A stretch of DNA of 62,546 nt, filler included, from Stramenopiles sp. TOSAG23-6 (taxonomy: Eukaryota): NCBI GenBank assembly GCA_900128565.1. It is 6 parts of 6 records of this genome, joined end to end, with 100 filler letters (N's around TTAATTAATTAA, not from the genome) between each part and the next. Parts side by side here need not be neighbours in the genome. Positions count along the whole stretch, not along the records: positions 12,233 to 24,364 come from LT636216.1; positions 24,465 to 36,592 come from LT636217.1; 4 more parts are not named here. One strand, written 5' to 3'. The notes under the pieces were generated by a model that was not told where the DNA came from, did not search any database, and worked only from the letters and a program-made list of their open reading frames with translations. The position numbers and the translations under genes are program-made. Positions 12,287 through 26,798 of the stretch are shown in pieces. Within the stretch, counting starts at the first letter, position 1; every line of letters begins with the position of its first letter.

Positions 12287-13159
12287 AAGGCCTAAAGAAG
12301 TTCGACTCAAAATTGGAATTTCCTCATATAATGGCAATGTACGATTTCGTGTCATAAGCCCCCCCTGACCTTCTTCATATTGGTCTAACATTACTGTAAC
12401 ATCTATAAGTTCTAATACCTTATGTAAAGTTTGTGACGGTCCTTCAGGCTCTTTTACTCTGGGTGCCCATTCGTCATATGGATCAGCAGAAAAGACGTGT
12501 AAAGATTTCAAAGCGACACAACATACAGTATTTTGACATATATATTTGAAAACTAAATCATTTACTTGTAGCTTGACATTTGCCAATAACTTTACAAGGG
12601 TTTTCTGTATCCATCCAGAACTTGCTGTGTTATCCGGTACTGTTTTATTTTGAAATGAGTCTGAAGACGCAGTTCTATGCCGCCCTTGTTTACTACTAGA
12701 AGACTTACGCAATGTTGACGCACGAGACCGAGACTTACGCAATGTTGACGCACGAGACCGAGATGTTTGATTTGCGTCAATATCGTTATCACTATTGCTT
12801 TCTGTGCCACTGGAAAATTCTTCGTCGCTTTTGTATTCGCTGTTTGGTTGTTCGCCTGCTTCTAGAATACATTCAACCGTCTTTATATAAACACTAACGG
12901 GCTGAGACATTAGATTTAACCATGGAATGGAAATACGGAGTTCCTTTATAAATCCCCGTACAAATTTAAAACCCATTGGAATGAAAACGGATTCTTGAAA
13001 TACATCAAGGCGGAGCTCCAAGTTGTGTAATACAATGTCATCTGTAACTCCAATGCCTCGTAAATCCACATTTTTCACGTACTTTGAAAGTAAAGCTTGC
13101 AAAGCTGATGTCAATGCGGAATGAAGAGGTGACGCAACTAGATTAAGCAGCGCGGACAT
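12287..13159 (-). CDS. VPS13: VPS13-family (VPS13B-like) lipid transfer protein, first exon with chorein N domain
   Basis: LLSKYVKNV...DIVLHNLELRLD...RGFIKELRISIPWLNLMSQPV. Confidence 0.85.
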
Positions 13160-13555
13160 GTTTCAGGTAATACCCTTTATCGTACTCTGGAGAGAGTAAC
13201 TAGCATTCCATTGAAAAGATGAAACTGATATTTACAAAAAGAAGAAGAATAAGAGAAAGACGTTCGCGATTTAGAAATTTCGCGAATTTAATAATGGCCG
13301 TAGTTTCCCTAACCCTAATGAAAAAAGTCCGAAAAAGTCACTTGAAATTAGAAAATTAATCAAGAGTCAAGAGTCTCACCAAAATTAAAATCACATTGGT
13401 GGAACAAGTAGCGAATCCGATGAGGAGAGTAATTTGAGTGATTACTATAGCAAAATTAAAATTGTACACAATGTTTGTGCAGTTAATTTTTACCCAGCGT
13501 CTTTTATTTTTTTATTTTTTATAAGTCATTCTGAAGATAAGTTCTTATTTATTGA

Positions 13556-16326
13556 TTAATCACGATTTATTCCTTCTGATATTTTCTCATTATTGGTTTC
13601 GGATTCAACGGGATCAGATATTTTCTCATTATTTGTTTCGGATTCAGTAGGCTCGGATGTTGTTTCATTATTTGTTTCGGATTCAGTAGGCTCGGATGTT
13701 GTTTCATTGTTATTATTTGAAAAATTATTAAAATGATTTTGAAAGGCAGGTAACAATTGCCCCAACATACCTTGCATATCAGAATTTATATCGGACATAT
13801 TAATTATACGAGTGCCACTTGTGGTTGTTGTTGAATTAGGGATTTCAGATAAATTTTGAGTATGTACACCATTCATTTGACCATTTATTCCATTCATTAA
13901 TTGTAAAAACATTCCTTCCACATGTATAGTGAAAAAATATTGTTTTTTTGTTAAAAATTCATTAGGTACAAAATTTACTATGAAAAAAGTTAGGGATACA
14001 ATGAATGATGAAAATGTACCATATCGGGTGGATTTGTTGTTTGAGTGTCATTATTTGGAGTATTCGTGGACGCTGAGATTGGCCTTTGAGACGTTTCATT
14101 TGATTGTGCTTGGCCAGTAGACCGATTTGGCATATTTGTCATTCCCGAGTCTGCGACAACTGCCTGGATATGTATTCCAATATTATTACCAGAGTTACTA
14201 TATGCGGGTGATTGCGATGGTATAGATACTAGCTGAGCATACGCATTTGATGTATCTGCTATACTTACTGAATGTACTGAAGTATCAGCTGAACTTCCCG
14301 ATCGAAGAGTACTCGATGAATCTACTACATCATTCTGATCTGAAGATATTGAACCGGTATTTACTACATTGTCAGATTCACTTGATCGAATTGATCGAAT
14401 ATTCTCCTTCGTATCTATTTGTGCCGACTCTTCAACTTGGCTACTACAAGAAACTTTCTCTGTTTTCGCAATTTCAGAAACAAGTGGAGCTATATCAGAT
14501 ATTAGTCTCCCAACACGATCTATTAGGGGTGCTAATTCTACCGCATATTTTTTGAGTTCTACCTCTCCATTCTCAAGAAATCTATTAGCATCATCAGTTA
14601 CTTTTTCTTCTTGACTATTTTGTAAATACTTATCATCAGCTACCTTCTCTTCATCACCAAATCCAACAGTACGACTATTCATAGAATTAGAAAGAGTGCA
14701 AAACTTATTCAACAAAGGCACAACATTTGAAACCATTCTATTTACACTATTAATCGCATATTGTGAATCATTTGGGCCTGTTGAAGGACAGTTTGGTACC
14801 CACGAGGTAGGCGAAGGTGACATAAAAGGACCAGCGGAAGCTTTTCGTGTTTTTGTCCTAAAAGGGGCGACACGATTTGAATCCATTGGAATCCATTCGT
14901 CCCATCTAGAAGGCCAGCCATTATAATGTATATATAAATGAGTCTTGGAACACGAAATAACTGTAGCCTCTAACCACTGCTGCACTGTATCTTTCACATC
15001 TAACCACTGTCCCGTAGAAAATTTGCGATGTTTGGACATTGAGCGTTTTTTTTCTGTAATGTTATCTGAGATATTTTCATTTTCACGACTTTCAGTAGTA
15101 GATGAAATTAGATCAGGAGGACAAGGTGGGGGTAAAGATACTGGAGGACCTATAATATGGGAGTAACGAGGTTCTTCGGATTGTGCTGAGTTCATAACCT
15201 CAGTCCTTGCGGTTTGTGAAAGACTACTTAGAGCTTGAGCAAATTGTGAATTAAAAGTATCCAAAGATCCTGCTCTGTTGTTAGTTTCTCCTTCGGTAGA
15301 AGGAGGAGTTCCTTCTTGTTGAACTTGACGAGGTATAGAAATAGTGATAGGTGGAAGAGCTACAATACCAGCTTGTACCATTACTGGCCTTGGTACCGAT
15401 GCATTAGATGACGATGTATTATTTGTCGTAGTCGCCGAAGTACTACTAGTTACAGTAGATGAAGTACCACTAGTTGTAGTCACTGGAACTGGAACAGATA
15501 AGTTACCACTAGTTGTAGTCACTGGTACCGATGCATTAGATGACGATGTATTATTTGCCGTAGTCGCCGAAGTACTACTAGTTACAGTAGATGAAGTACC
15601 ACTAGTTGTAGTCACCGGAACAGATAAGTTACCACTAGTTGTAGCCACTGGAACAGATAACTTACCACTATCCACACTAGCAGTATAACTCACACACCCT
15701 CGATCTACTCTTGCATCACGTTTCGAATACTTTGCAGCACTCTCAACAATTGCATTAGCTTCCTCTTTTACTTTGTCATCGGCAATACTCAGAGCTGAAA
15801 TAAGTGTATTCATGGTTAGTAATCCTTGCCAAAGATGTTCCAGTTGCATGTTTTCTGGGCATCGATCTGGACGTACCCGTCCAGATGCACGTACCAGTCT
15901 ACGTGGTCTCCCAATATTTTGTAGCACACTATTCATAATAGAATTTCCCAAGTCATGCTGAGCTGTCGAACCCATAACAAAACGATGACTTGAATTCTGA
16001 TCAACAGTACTTGAAGTTGAATCAACACTAGATGTTTCACCATTATTAGTGGATGTGGGAAGTGTGGGACGTGCAATCATGTGCAATGTCATATTATTCT
16101 TAAATTTATACTTGGATAGAAGTTCTTCATCCTTGAGCAATTTCCCCTGAAAAATGAGTCGCTGCTTTTCTTCGGGAACTTGAGTTTTTTCAACGAGCAT
16201 ACTCCGTAAATCTTTTATAGGAATATCAGGCTCAACCCTCAAATGAAAAACTTCATTTCCTAATGTTTTTACCCGCATTGCGATTTTACCATCATTGGCA
16301 TCCATTGATGTATTATTTTCTGACAT
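13556..16326 (-). CDS. BAG6/Scythe-like ubiquitin-like-domain protein with an internal Tudor/MBT-like domain; exons 16326-14020 and 13921-13556
   Basis: N-terminal UBL (VKTLGNE...QRLIFQGKLLKD), GQWLDVKD...HYNGWPSRWDEWI, and S/T-rich tandem repeats. Confidence 0.75.
13922..14019 (-). mobile_element. Introner-like intron, GT...AT
   Basis: ATG|GTACAT...GTACCTAAT...CACTATACAT|GTG, phase 0. Confidence 0.8.
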
Positions 16327-16608
16327 TTCACTTTGCGTATTGGTGTTTTCTTTCCTTCTTCTTCAAGTTAACGACGTGTCCATCAGCAAGGGAAGTTTGC
16401 CATCAGGCAGTTCCTTCCTTTGGCCAAAATACAGTACCCGGTACTGGTCAAGTAATACAATTACCCGGTACCAATTGTGATCTGATTAATTTAGAAATTT
16501 TAGATTGATCCATAATAACAAAAGTTACAAAACTATCATTCACTTTATATTTCAAATATAATTTGTTGCTCATTCACTATATAAAGTACCCCATACATTG
16601 AAAAAAAT

Positions 16609-17628
16609 CTAAAACCCTCCTCCTAGGTCATTTTTACTTGGAATGTCTTGAAACCGTTTCATTTTGAATTTCTTTCCCTTTTGTTTCTGAGCTTCCATCT
16701 TTTTACGTGCTGCAGTAGCATGTCCCAATGAGGCTTTTGTAGGTTTCATTCTGTCAAATTTCTTTGCATTAGCCTTACGACGTGCACGGTTGTCCTTGGC
16801 AGTGTTCAAAGGGTAGTCTGATTCAGTAGCTGAGCTTTGTGTATAAGGATTAAACATTGTGAAAAAATATTTCAGACATTTTATATTCGTTAGTTAGGTA
16901 CGTAGGAAATTTTCATAAAAAAAGAAATAAATTTGAAATTAATGTAGACAACCTACAAACTTACCATTAATAAGGTCCCTAATGGGCGTGTCTTTTTCTC
17001 TAGTTACACCGTAGATTTTCTCTTTTAACGCTGGATTACGACTATAATTTTCCAACATCTCTTTGCGAGATTTCGAACCAGTCAATTGTTGCTGGTCATA
17101 AATCTTGTGGGTTTTGTTGTAATTGTTTATATCTTTCACATTTGTCATGCCACCTTTTGTAACAGCGATTTTATTCATTTTAACAACATTCAGTTTTTTT
17201 TTATATTTGGATGTTGGTTGGAAACCAGCCCATGTTGTAATAACTTCACCCGCTCCTTCAGGATCTCGTTTGAGTTTATTACCAAAGCAGTGGTAGTCAC
17301 CTGGAAGGTCATACGAGGAATTCTTTGATCTTCCAATTGTTGCTTTCAGTAACATACGGTTATATTTGGTAGAGTTATGTTGCATTGACTTGTGTCTATC
17401 AAAAAAAGACACGAATTTTTCTCGAGAAACAAGTTGTTTATCCCCCCCGTAAAGTCGGTCGATCATTTGCAATAATTCTGCCTTGTTAAATTTCACACCC
17501 GATGCTTGCAGTACTTGTCCAAACGACTTTTTATTGAGGGATCCTTCCGTTTTCGATTGGAAGTCGTCAAATGCGCGTATGAGTGCTTGTGTATCCGTCA
17601 TTTTCCTGTGATTATTCGACGGCGGCAT
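16609..17628 (-). CDS. EF-hand plus CFAP77 (DUF4483)-like ciliary protein; exons 17628-16957 and ~16851-16609
   Basis: GRSKNSSYDLPGDYHCFG...EGAGEVITTW...VKMNKIAV and C-terminal KFKMKRFQDIPS. Confidence 0.7.
16852..16956 (-). mobile_element. Introner-like intron, GT...TT (GT...AT if 3 nt longer)
   Basis: GTTT|GTAGGT...GTACCTAAC...CACAATGTTT|AAT. Confidence 0.7.
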
Positions 17629-17860
17629 AGTTACAGAGTTTATTTCTTTTTCAAAAATGTATGGATGAATAAGAATAGATACTGTAATGTAAGGTATACC
17701 ACAGTATGTAACGGCGAAGAACGGGTTTAAACACGAAATCAGAACAAAAAAGACACACCGACACGTGTTGCATCACTTTTATTTTTTTACTTGACTTTCC
17801 TTGACGTTTTCACAAACAATACAATCCTACAATGGAATTTATGTAAACATACCACGATAA

Positions 17861-18922
17861 ATGACAATGCATCAGTACGCAATTCTTCGAGTTGAGTATG
17901 TTGGCACTGCATATGGTGGTTGGCAGCGACAATCAAAAGAACAGGAAGCTAAGCGTTCCTCAGTGCAAGGTCAAATTGAGCGTGCGGTAACTGCTGTTTC
18001 AAAAACAGGAGAAGCTGTTGTTGTACAAGCTTCTGGAAGAACTGATAGAGGAGTTCATGCCCTAGACCAAGTTGTAGTACTAAGATTGCCACCACTTTTT
18101 AGAATTTTTGAAGCTGTAAATAAGAATACTGATGAAACCAATAAAAGTGTTACCCGTTTGTCAACCAACAGTTTTCTTAAAGTAGTCAACGAAAATCTTC
18201 CAAACGATATAGTTGCTTTGAGTTGTTCGGTTGGGAGTCAGTTTAGGATGCGTTTTAGAGCAAAACGATACAAATATTATATTTTACAAAGACCATATTC
18301 CTCATCCAAACCTATATCGGCATATCCAGATTTGATTTCATCCTTCCAGTTTGCGTGGTATATTCCTTTTTCACTTAATTTGAGTGAAATGAGTTCTGCA
18401 TTGCGGAAGTTGGAAGGTTCGCACGATTTCAAAAACATATCTTCCAAGACATGTAGAATGGACACTACAAGAGAGATATTTTCTACTCGTGTATCCATAT
18501 GTAATGCAAAGATGTTCACGTTTGGAACTAAAAGATGTATCGTTAGGAAAAATAATGTGACTGAAATAGAAAAATTAGAAATAATAGAAAATAATCAATC
18601 GAAGATAGAAAAATTAGAAATAATAGAAAATAATCAATCGAAAATAGGAAAATCAGAAACAATAAAAAATAATCAATCGAAGATAGAAAAATCAGAAATA
18701 ATAGAAAATAATCAATCAAAGATTGTTGTTATAGAAATTACAGCAAATGGATTTCTAAAACATCAAGTCCGACGAATCATTGCATGGTTAATTAAAATGC
18801 AAAAATTGAAACTTCATGCTTCTTGTATTGTGGATATTCTCGATGGTTCTATGAAAAACTCAACACCGCCATCTGCACCATCTCGAGGGTTATGGCTTGA
18901 TAAAGTGTATATAGAAAATTAA
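17861..18922 (+). CDS. tRNA pseudouridine synthase, TruA/PUS family
   Basis: EYVGTAYGGWQRQ, ASGRTDRGVHALDQV, LEGSHDF, ANGFLKHQVR and APSRGLWL. Confidence 0.92.
   Translation: MTMHQYAILRVEYVGTAYGGWQRQSKEQEAKRSSVQGQIERAVTAVSKTGEAVVVQASGRTDRGVHALDQVVVLRLPPLFRIFEAVNKNTDETNKSVTRLSTNSFLKVVNENLPNDIVALSCSVGSQFRMRFRAKRYKYYILQRPYSSSKPISAYPDLISSFQFAWYIPFSLNLSEMSSALRKLEGSHDFKNISSKTCRMDTTREIFSTRVSICNAKMFTFGTKRCIVRKNNVTEIEKLEIIENNQSKIEKLEIIENNQSKIGKSETIKNNQSKIEKSEIIENNQSKIVVIEITANGFLKHQVRRIIAWLIKMQKLKLHASCIVDILDGSMKNSTPPSAPSRGLWLDKVYIEN
18565..18724 (+). repeat. In-frame 39-bp tandem repeat, about 4 copies (IEKLEIIENNQSK)
   Basis: Seen directly in the sequence. Confidence 0.9.
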
Positions 18923-19021
18923 TTAAATAAATCTCGAGGGTTATGGCTTGATAAAGTGTATACAGAAAATTAATTAAATAAATGTTCAATGCTTTAGTTT
19001 ATTTTTTTAAAATATGAATTT

Positions 19022-20768
<1,747 letters not shown>

Positions 20769-21072
20769 TTAATGTATTATTTGTTTTTTTCAAAGTCGAA
20801 GTCGGAAGTCGAAGTCAAGTGACTTTTCAACAATTTTGAATTTTTTTCGAATTTTCGTGTTTTTTTGCTATTTTTTTTTTTGCAAGTGAAGTCAGTCATT
20901 TTGACTTCAAGTCGTACTAGGCTCCGTGTCAATTAAGGTGGAGGGCATACATTATAATTTCCTCACTGACTTTCTCCGTGGTATTGTCGATTTTCATTGT
21001 ATAAATTGCTTACGTACATTGGAACTCAAGGTGTGTGAGAGTAGCAAGTGTTTCATATACAATATTTCTAGT

Positions 21073-21981
21073 ATGTCTACCAATTATAGTAAATGGGATG
21101 CGTGGGCAGCAGAGGCAAGTAGTAGTGATGACGATGATGAGGTGAATAGTCCAACTGTAACAACTCTAGAAGAACCAATGTCGGTAACTTTTGGTGGCAA
21201 GCAGAGTGATATTATCGCTAAACCAATAGACTCAACTGACTCTCTGAAGAAAAAAACAATAGAATCTTCTCTAATGAAAGAAAATGCAGCCGCTGCTCTT
21301 GCAAAACGATTTTCAAAGGACTGTTCTGTTGAATCACAGTCTAAAAAAGATATAAAGTCTGGAAATATTTCTAAAGCTTTTATGAGCGATGCATATTCAG
21401 TATTTAATGCTATCACTCGCAACGGTTCAGTTACAAAACGATATTTATGGGGACAAGATAGGCGTGATTGTATTATTTCATGTTTCATCCCACCAAACAT
21501 TCGCGGTAAAGATATTTCTGTCGTCTTGGTCAACAAAAAACTTAGTGTGAGAGTGAATTCGAAAGAACATACTTGTCTGAAACTCGCTTATGATATAAAC
21601 ACAGACACTGAAGAGAATAAAGCTCCGCAATACTCAAGTGATTCCACAGGTGAAGGCAAAGTATTTGACGACTTAGATTGGGAAGTCATAACTGTAGATG
21701 TGCCCGCCGTGTCACTTATGAAAATTAACGAGGAGTATTTTGTAAAGAGCGGGAAAGTGAAGAGTGTGAGAGTTGTCAAGATTACAGTAGAAAAATCTGT
21801 CCCAGTGCCGGGGACAAATATTTGGTGGTCGAATGTTGTGAAAGGCGAAGGAGAAATTGACGTAAGTGTGATTCCTGATCGTTGCCAAATGAAGAATAGA
21901 AAAAATTATCAACAGGTCTGGGATGAAGCTCACAGACTTTTCAGAGAAAAAGTGAAGAATTCAAAAAAAATTGAAATATAG
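21073..21981 (+). CDS. NudC-like CS/p23-domain co-chaperone
   Basis: MSTNYSKWD start, RYLWGQDRRD...GKDISV, and WWSNVVKGEGEID. Confidence 0.75.
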   Translation: MSTNYSKWDAWAAEASSSDDDDEVNSPTVTTLEEPMSVTFGGKQSDIIAKPIDSTDSLKKKTIESSLMKENAAAALAKRFSKDCSVESQSKKDIKSGNISKAFMSDAYSVFNAITRNGSVTKRYLWGQDRRDCIISCFIPPNIRGKDISVVLVNKKLSVRVNSKEHTCLKLAYDINTDTEENKAPQYSSDSTGEGKVFDDLDWEVITVDVPAVSLMKINEEYFVKSGKVKSVRVVKITVEKSVPVPGTNIWWSNVVKGEGEIDVSVIPDRCQMKNRKNYQQVWDEAHRLFREKVKNSKKIEI

Positions 21982-22139
21982 CCAACAAGTATTCAAAAAT
22001 AGTATTGTACAATTGACTACATTTGAATATTATAAAAGAATTAAATAAATAGTTGAAAAAAAAAATATTCTTTATTCTATTAATAATTTACATACAAGCG
22101 AGTGGAAATAATAATTTACATACAAGCGAGTGGAAATAA

Positions 22140-22206
22140 TAATTTGTCAGCAATATTGCACTTCTGGAATTAGATTTTTAAGCAAAATTTGCATCAATCA
22201 AATCAA
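22140..22206 (-). promoter_or_regulatory. Candidate SECIS element
   Basis: Hand-folded: TGAT, ~12-13-bp stem, AAAAA loop with TCT/AGA mini-stem, TGAC, and a lower stem TGATTTG/CAAATTA. Confidence 0.45.
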
Positions 22207-22230
22207 TAATAATTAATCAAACTTGTTCTG

Positions 22231-23381
22231 TTACACTTCAGATCGTTTCTGGTGTTTTATGCACCAGGAAATTGGTTTCAGAAGAATAGCCACGCCAGCA
22301 GATGTTGGTCAAAACCGCAGAATACTCAGTAGTGAACTATTAATGATACCCGTTATAAATGTAGTTTCGTGGGTGCCTTTGAAACATTCTTTGATTGAAA
22401 TTGTGTCGTTCCTTTTAAAACCACAATCATTGATAAATTCCCAAAGTGCGACTAGATAAAATATAAATACAACCTTGTATGGTATTGCAGGAACGGCACC
22501 GCCTCTGAAATTCCACACCAAGCGAGTTGATAAAACTCCAAGAACTGACGTCGGAGAAGCCCCCCAGAGAACAAAGAGAGAAATATCAATAAACAAAAAA
22601 ACACTTAGTATTAGAACAACATACCCTAACTGACTAGATTCCCCTGTGACACCAAATAAGAGTGCTAAACAAAGGATTAGGGTATGGAAGCAGCTCATGG
22701 CACGGAAAACATTAGCATATACATTGATATGAAAGCAATACCACTTATACTGAGACCCTGGAACGATACAGTATTTTCGGAAAATATTTCAAAAATTTCA
22801 AAATTGTTAGGTACAAAATTTTCTATTGAAAAAAAAAAACGGATTGAAAAATTCATCAAAAAAGCGTACAAGTATTTTGGCTTCTCTTTGTGTAAAATCC
22901 TATTATTCATAGACCAAGGCACACGATCCGTTTCATCACTGATTAGTTTTGATAATTCACCAGAACGATGTAAGCGTTGTATTTCTTCCTCTCCACCAAG
23001 GTACATCCCCTTTATATAAACCACAGGAAAGGTCAAAACTGGAAGTCCTAAAATTTTCTTTAGTGCAGCTCGATATGCAGGCGGGGTACCGACAATAAGT
23101 TTGGGGTTCAAATCATATTCTTCACGTAGTAGAGATTTAGCCCGCTCGCAGAATCCACATCCTTCTTTTTCAATAACTACAACGTCATTTCTTTCTATTG
23201 AAATTTGTAAGTCATTTTGAGCTTCGAGTGTATCTGCGGAGTCTACGAATATTGTACACTTATACTCTTCCAAGTACGATACTATATCTGACTTTACATC
23301 AGAAAGAAATCGTGTAAAATTATTCCTATTAGACATATCAGTCACATCATCTGATGACATAATAGATCCATACAATGTCAT
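22231..23381 (-). CDS. Glutaredoxin (CGFC) fused to a multi-pass membrane domain (DUF4395-like); ends at TGA 22309-22311, or at TAA 22231-22233 if the TGA is Sec
   Basis: KEGCGFCERAK and TFPVVYIKGMYLGG. The frame joins the hydrophobic ORF after intron removal. Confidence 0.7.
22769..22869 (-). mobile_element. Introner-like intron, GT...TG (GT...AT if 3 nt longer)
   Basis: TT|GTACGC...GTACCTAAC...GAAAATACTG|TATC. Confidence 0.75.
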
Positions 23382-23759
23382 TTCATTATATTCAAGGAAA
23401 GAACAGCGAAAAAAAACTATATAGCCTAAATTGAATGAATCGAATTTTTCGGGGGAATTTTTGCGGAATTTTTCGCGCAGCGCAAAATCTCATCAGCAGA
23501 GCTTCAGCTCGAATTTCGAATTTATTTATGGAGGAGCCTCCCTTCCGTTGGCGTTGGCTGCATGCAACTTTGCAACTTGCAAGTCTCTGGGGCGTATCTA
23601 ATAGTTTTACATTTTTACGATTCCATTCTCCATCAACAGTTATCCGAAATATAAAGTTTACTTTTGCAAATGAATTCTGCTGTTTAATATTCACACCTTA
23701 TATACAACAAATTTGCAGTAAGTTACTCAAAAATAAAAAATAGTTTATCTTGATATAGA

Positions 23760-24310
23760 ATGGAATTTGACGAGGGCCTGCTGGCGAACGAGCATTCAAC
23801 ACTTCTCCCAAGAGTTGTGAAAGTTCGTTCTCGAGTTCAAGAAAAAGAAAGTTCACCTGAAAAAAAGCAAATAAGTCATATTTCTGGTAATGAGAAGGAT
23901 TTGGAAAAAAAGAATTCAAAAATAGAAAAAGTGAATCCGAAACTAGAGATGTATAGACTTTCAAATATCATGCTTCCCTATGTATATTTTATGATTGGTT
24001 TTACACTGAAACTACCCTTTGTCGCATTGAGACAATATTTTAGAAAAGTAATTCATGTTGAACCTGATATACAAGCACTCTTACTTGGTGTTTTCTACCA
24101 TGTTCCTTGGAATTTGAAAATAGGCTTTGCATTTTTATCTGATTCCGTGCCAATATTTGGACAACGTCGGAAACCTTACATCTTCCTTGGTTTATGCATT
24201 GCTTCCGCAGCTTGGATGACATTTGGTCTTTCCGAAAAACCACCAGGTCTCCAATTTTCGGCATTGATACTTTTTATTGCTTCATTCGGTCTTGTAATGC
24301 TTGACGTTAT
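23760..24310 (+). CDS. BT1 folate-biopterin transporter (MFS), first exon
   Basis: PWNLKIGFAFLSDSVPIFGQRRKPY signature; FGLVMLDV. Confidence 0.88.
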
Positions 24311-24364
24311 GTATGTTTTATTTTTTTTTCAAATTCGTTTTTTTTTCGTACGAAATTTTGTACC
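24311..24364 (+). mobile_element. Introner-like intron, 5' half, cut by contig end
   Basis: AT|GTATGT...TTCGTACGAAATTTTGTACC. Confidence 0.8.
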
Positions 24365-24464
24365 NNNNNNNNNNNNNNNNNNNNNNNNNNNNNNNNNNNN
24401 NNNNNNNNTTAATTAATTAANNNNNNNNNNNNNNNNNNNNNNNNNNNNNNNNNNNNNNNNNNNN
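24365..24464. other. Artificial contig linker
   Basis: N-TTAATTAATTAA-N. Confidence 0.97.
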
Positions 24465-24573
24465 ATGTATTTTGAAAAAATATTTCAAAAAAAATTCTAA
24501 AAAATTTGTTAGGTACAAAATTTACTATAAAAAAAAATTCGATTTTTTTGTTAAAAAAAAAAATAAAACCTAC

Positions 24574-25123
24574 TTTTTGAATCTTGGATAATGACTTCTA
24601 AATCGGACAGACCTGTATAGTGAAACAAATAATGTAAAACATTTAAAATTTTGTGACAACTAAAATTCTTAGGTACAAAATTTCGTATGAAACCAAAAAA
24701 AATAAATAAATTTGAAATTCATGATGAAATCATACACAATTCAAACACTAAATGGAGTCTCTCTTTGTGTGAAAAAATATCTAGTAGTGATATTATATTG
24801 GGGTGTGGTAGTAATTGAAATTCCTTTAGTAATTTGATTTCACGAAGTGTTACTACGCCTACACCTTCAGCTGTATTTTCCATACGCATTTTCTTTACAG
24901 CTACTTGAGTTCCAGAATGTTCATTATCTGTTGCCAAATAAACCGTCCCAAATGTTCCTTTTCCCAGTTCTTTTCCCTTTGTATATCTATGCCATCCTAC
25001 TTTTTGTGTACTTACATTTATATTTGATGTAAGTGTAGAACTCACATGTGTAGATGAAAGTGTACATGCTTTTTTTAAGGTTTTTGAATCAGTCAAGCCA
25101 ACGTTTTTTCGTTTTGTAGACAT
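24574..25123 (-). CDS. Mirror copy of CDK7 exons 1-2
   Basis: Reverse complement of 28070-28619; the ORF translations are identical. Confidence 0.7.
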
Positions 25124-26798
25124 GGTGGTTGAAATTGTACTCTAAAGAGTGTACGTAGTGTTGAACACTGTTCGATGAACGATTTGCCAAGCTAATCTAT
25201 ACCGTATCACAACGCTTGGATATATATTCAATACTTTATTTATATTTGAGCAAGTCAATCACTGAAAAACACTATTGTTATTATTATTATACTCTGTTTT
25301 TTTTTAGTATACGTAGTGTGCGAGGTGTAGTCAATGATAGTGAGAGTACTTGATTCGCACTTGATTCCTTGACTACGACTTTCTAACCCTAACCCTAAAC
25401 ACCAAACACAAGCAACAACACTCCATGGATTTGGTTTTAAAATTGCGGATTTCGTGTATACTTTCGAAAGTTGAAAAACGACAAATAAAAACCATTAGTA
25501 TTATATCTTGAAAAACGTATCTCATTTTTCATTCTTTTCAAATTACAGTTGTTTATTGCTTCATAATAAAACTAATTTGGGATAATTTCTCATTTTTCAT
25601 TCTTTTCAAATTACAGCTAGTTGACCAGCTAGTTGAACCAGGCTTTCAACAAATGATCTTGTAAATCATATATATGATTTTATTCAAAAAATGTACATCA
25701 GGTATGTACCAACTAAATATAGCTACTTATTATATAGAACAAGATGTCGTATCTATATGTATATATGATACGTATTTTGATGATAATAATACTAATAATG
25801 GTTATTCGATTTCTATATTGGATACGATTTCTATAATACCGTATATTTTAAATCAGTACCGGGTGTACGCCTAGGAGGGAATAGATTTTAATATAAATAA
25901 AGACATTTTAAAATCAAAATTGTAAAACATTTTTACTCAAAAAATAATTATTACACTTCATATGTACATTCACCCGTTACCTGGTTCCAATAGAAAGCCA
26001 GTGAATTCGTGTTTGTATTAATCACACTCACCCACAAATTTTGTTTTTTGGATTGTCTTTTTTTTTGTCTAGGGTTAGGGGTAGTAGAATCATTGATTTC
26101 GTGTCGTTCAGAATCATTTATGTTTTTCCTTGTATTGTTTTTATTATTATTCAAAATACGTAAATTCTGCTCTTCATCTATTTCATCTCTTGTGCGTATT
26201 TTAAGTTGAGAAAAATGTGTCATATCATCAAAATGTTCAACAGTACTAGGGTTAGGGTTGGAATTTTTTTCAATATCATCATTATCATTCAATACATCAA
26301 TCATATGATGATTTTCAATATTTTCAACAATTTCAATATTTTCATCATCAGCATCATCATCATAATCATCATAATCATTATAACCATCAGTCATTATTTT
26401 TTTCAGCAAATAATTTAACAATTGTTAAATGAAATTTGAGAAATAAATTACTTCCACATCCTTGACTCAATTCATCATGAATTGTACAAAAATATTTCGA
26501 AAAAATTTTATATTTTTGTTAGGTATGAAATTTCGTATGAAAAAAAAAAAAAAAAAAAAATAAAAAAAAAAAAAAAAATTTAAAAAAAAATAAAAATTTT
26601 TATTTTTTTTTAAATTTTTTTTTTTTTTTTTATTTTTTTTTTTTTTTTTTTTTCATACGAAATTTCATACCTAACAAAAATATAAAATTTTTTCGAAATA
26701 TTTTTGTACAATTCATGATGAATTGAGTCAAGGATGTGGAAGTAATTTATTTCTCAAATTTCATTTAACAATTGTTAAATTATTTGCTGAAAAAAATA

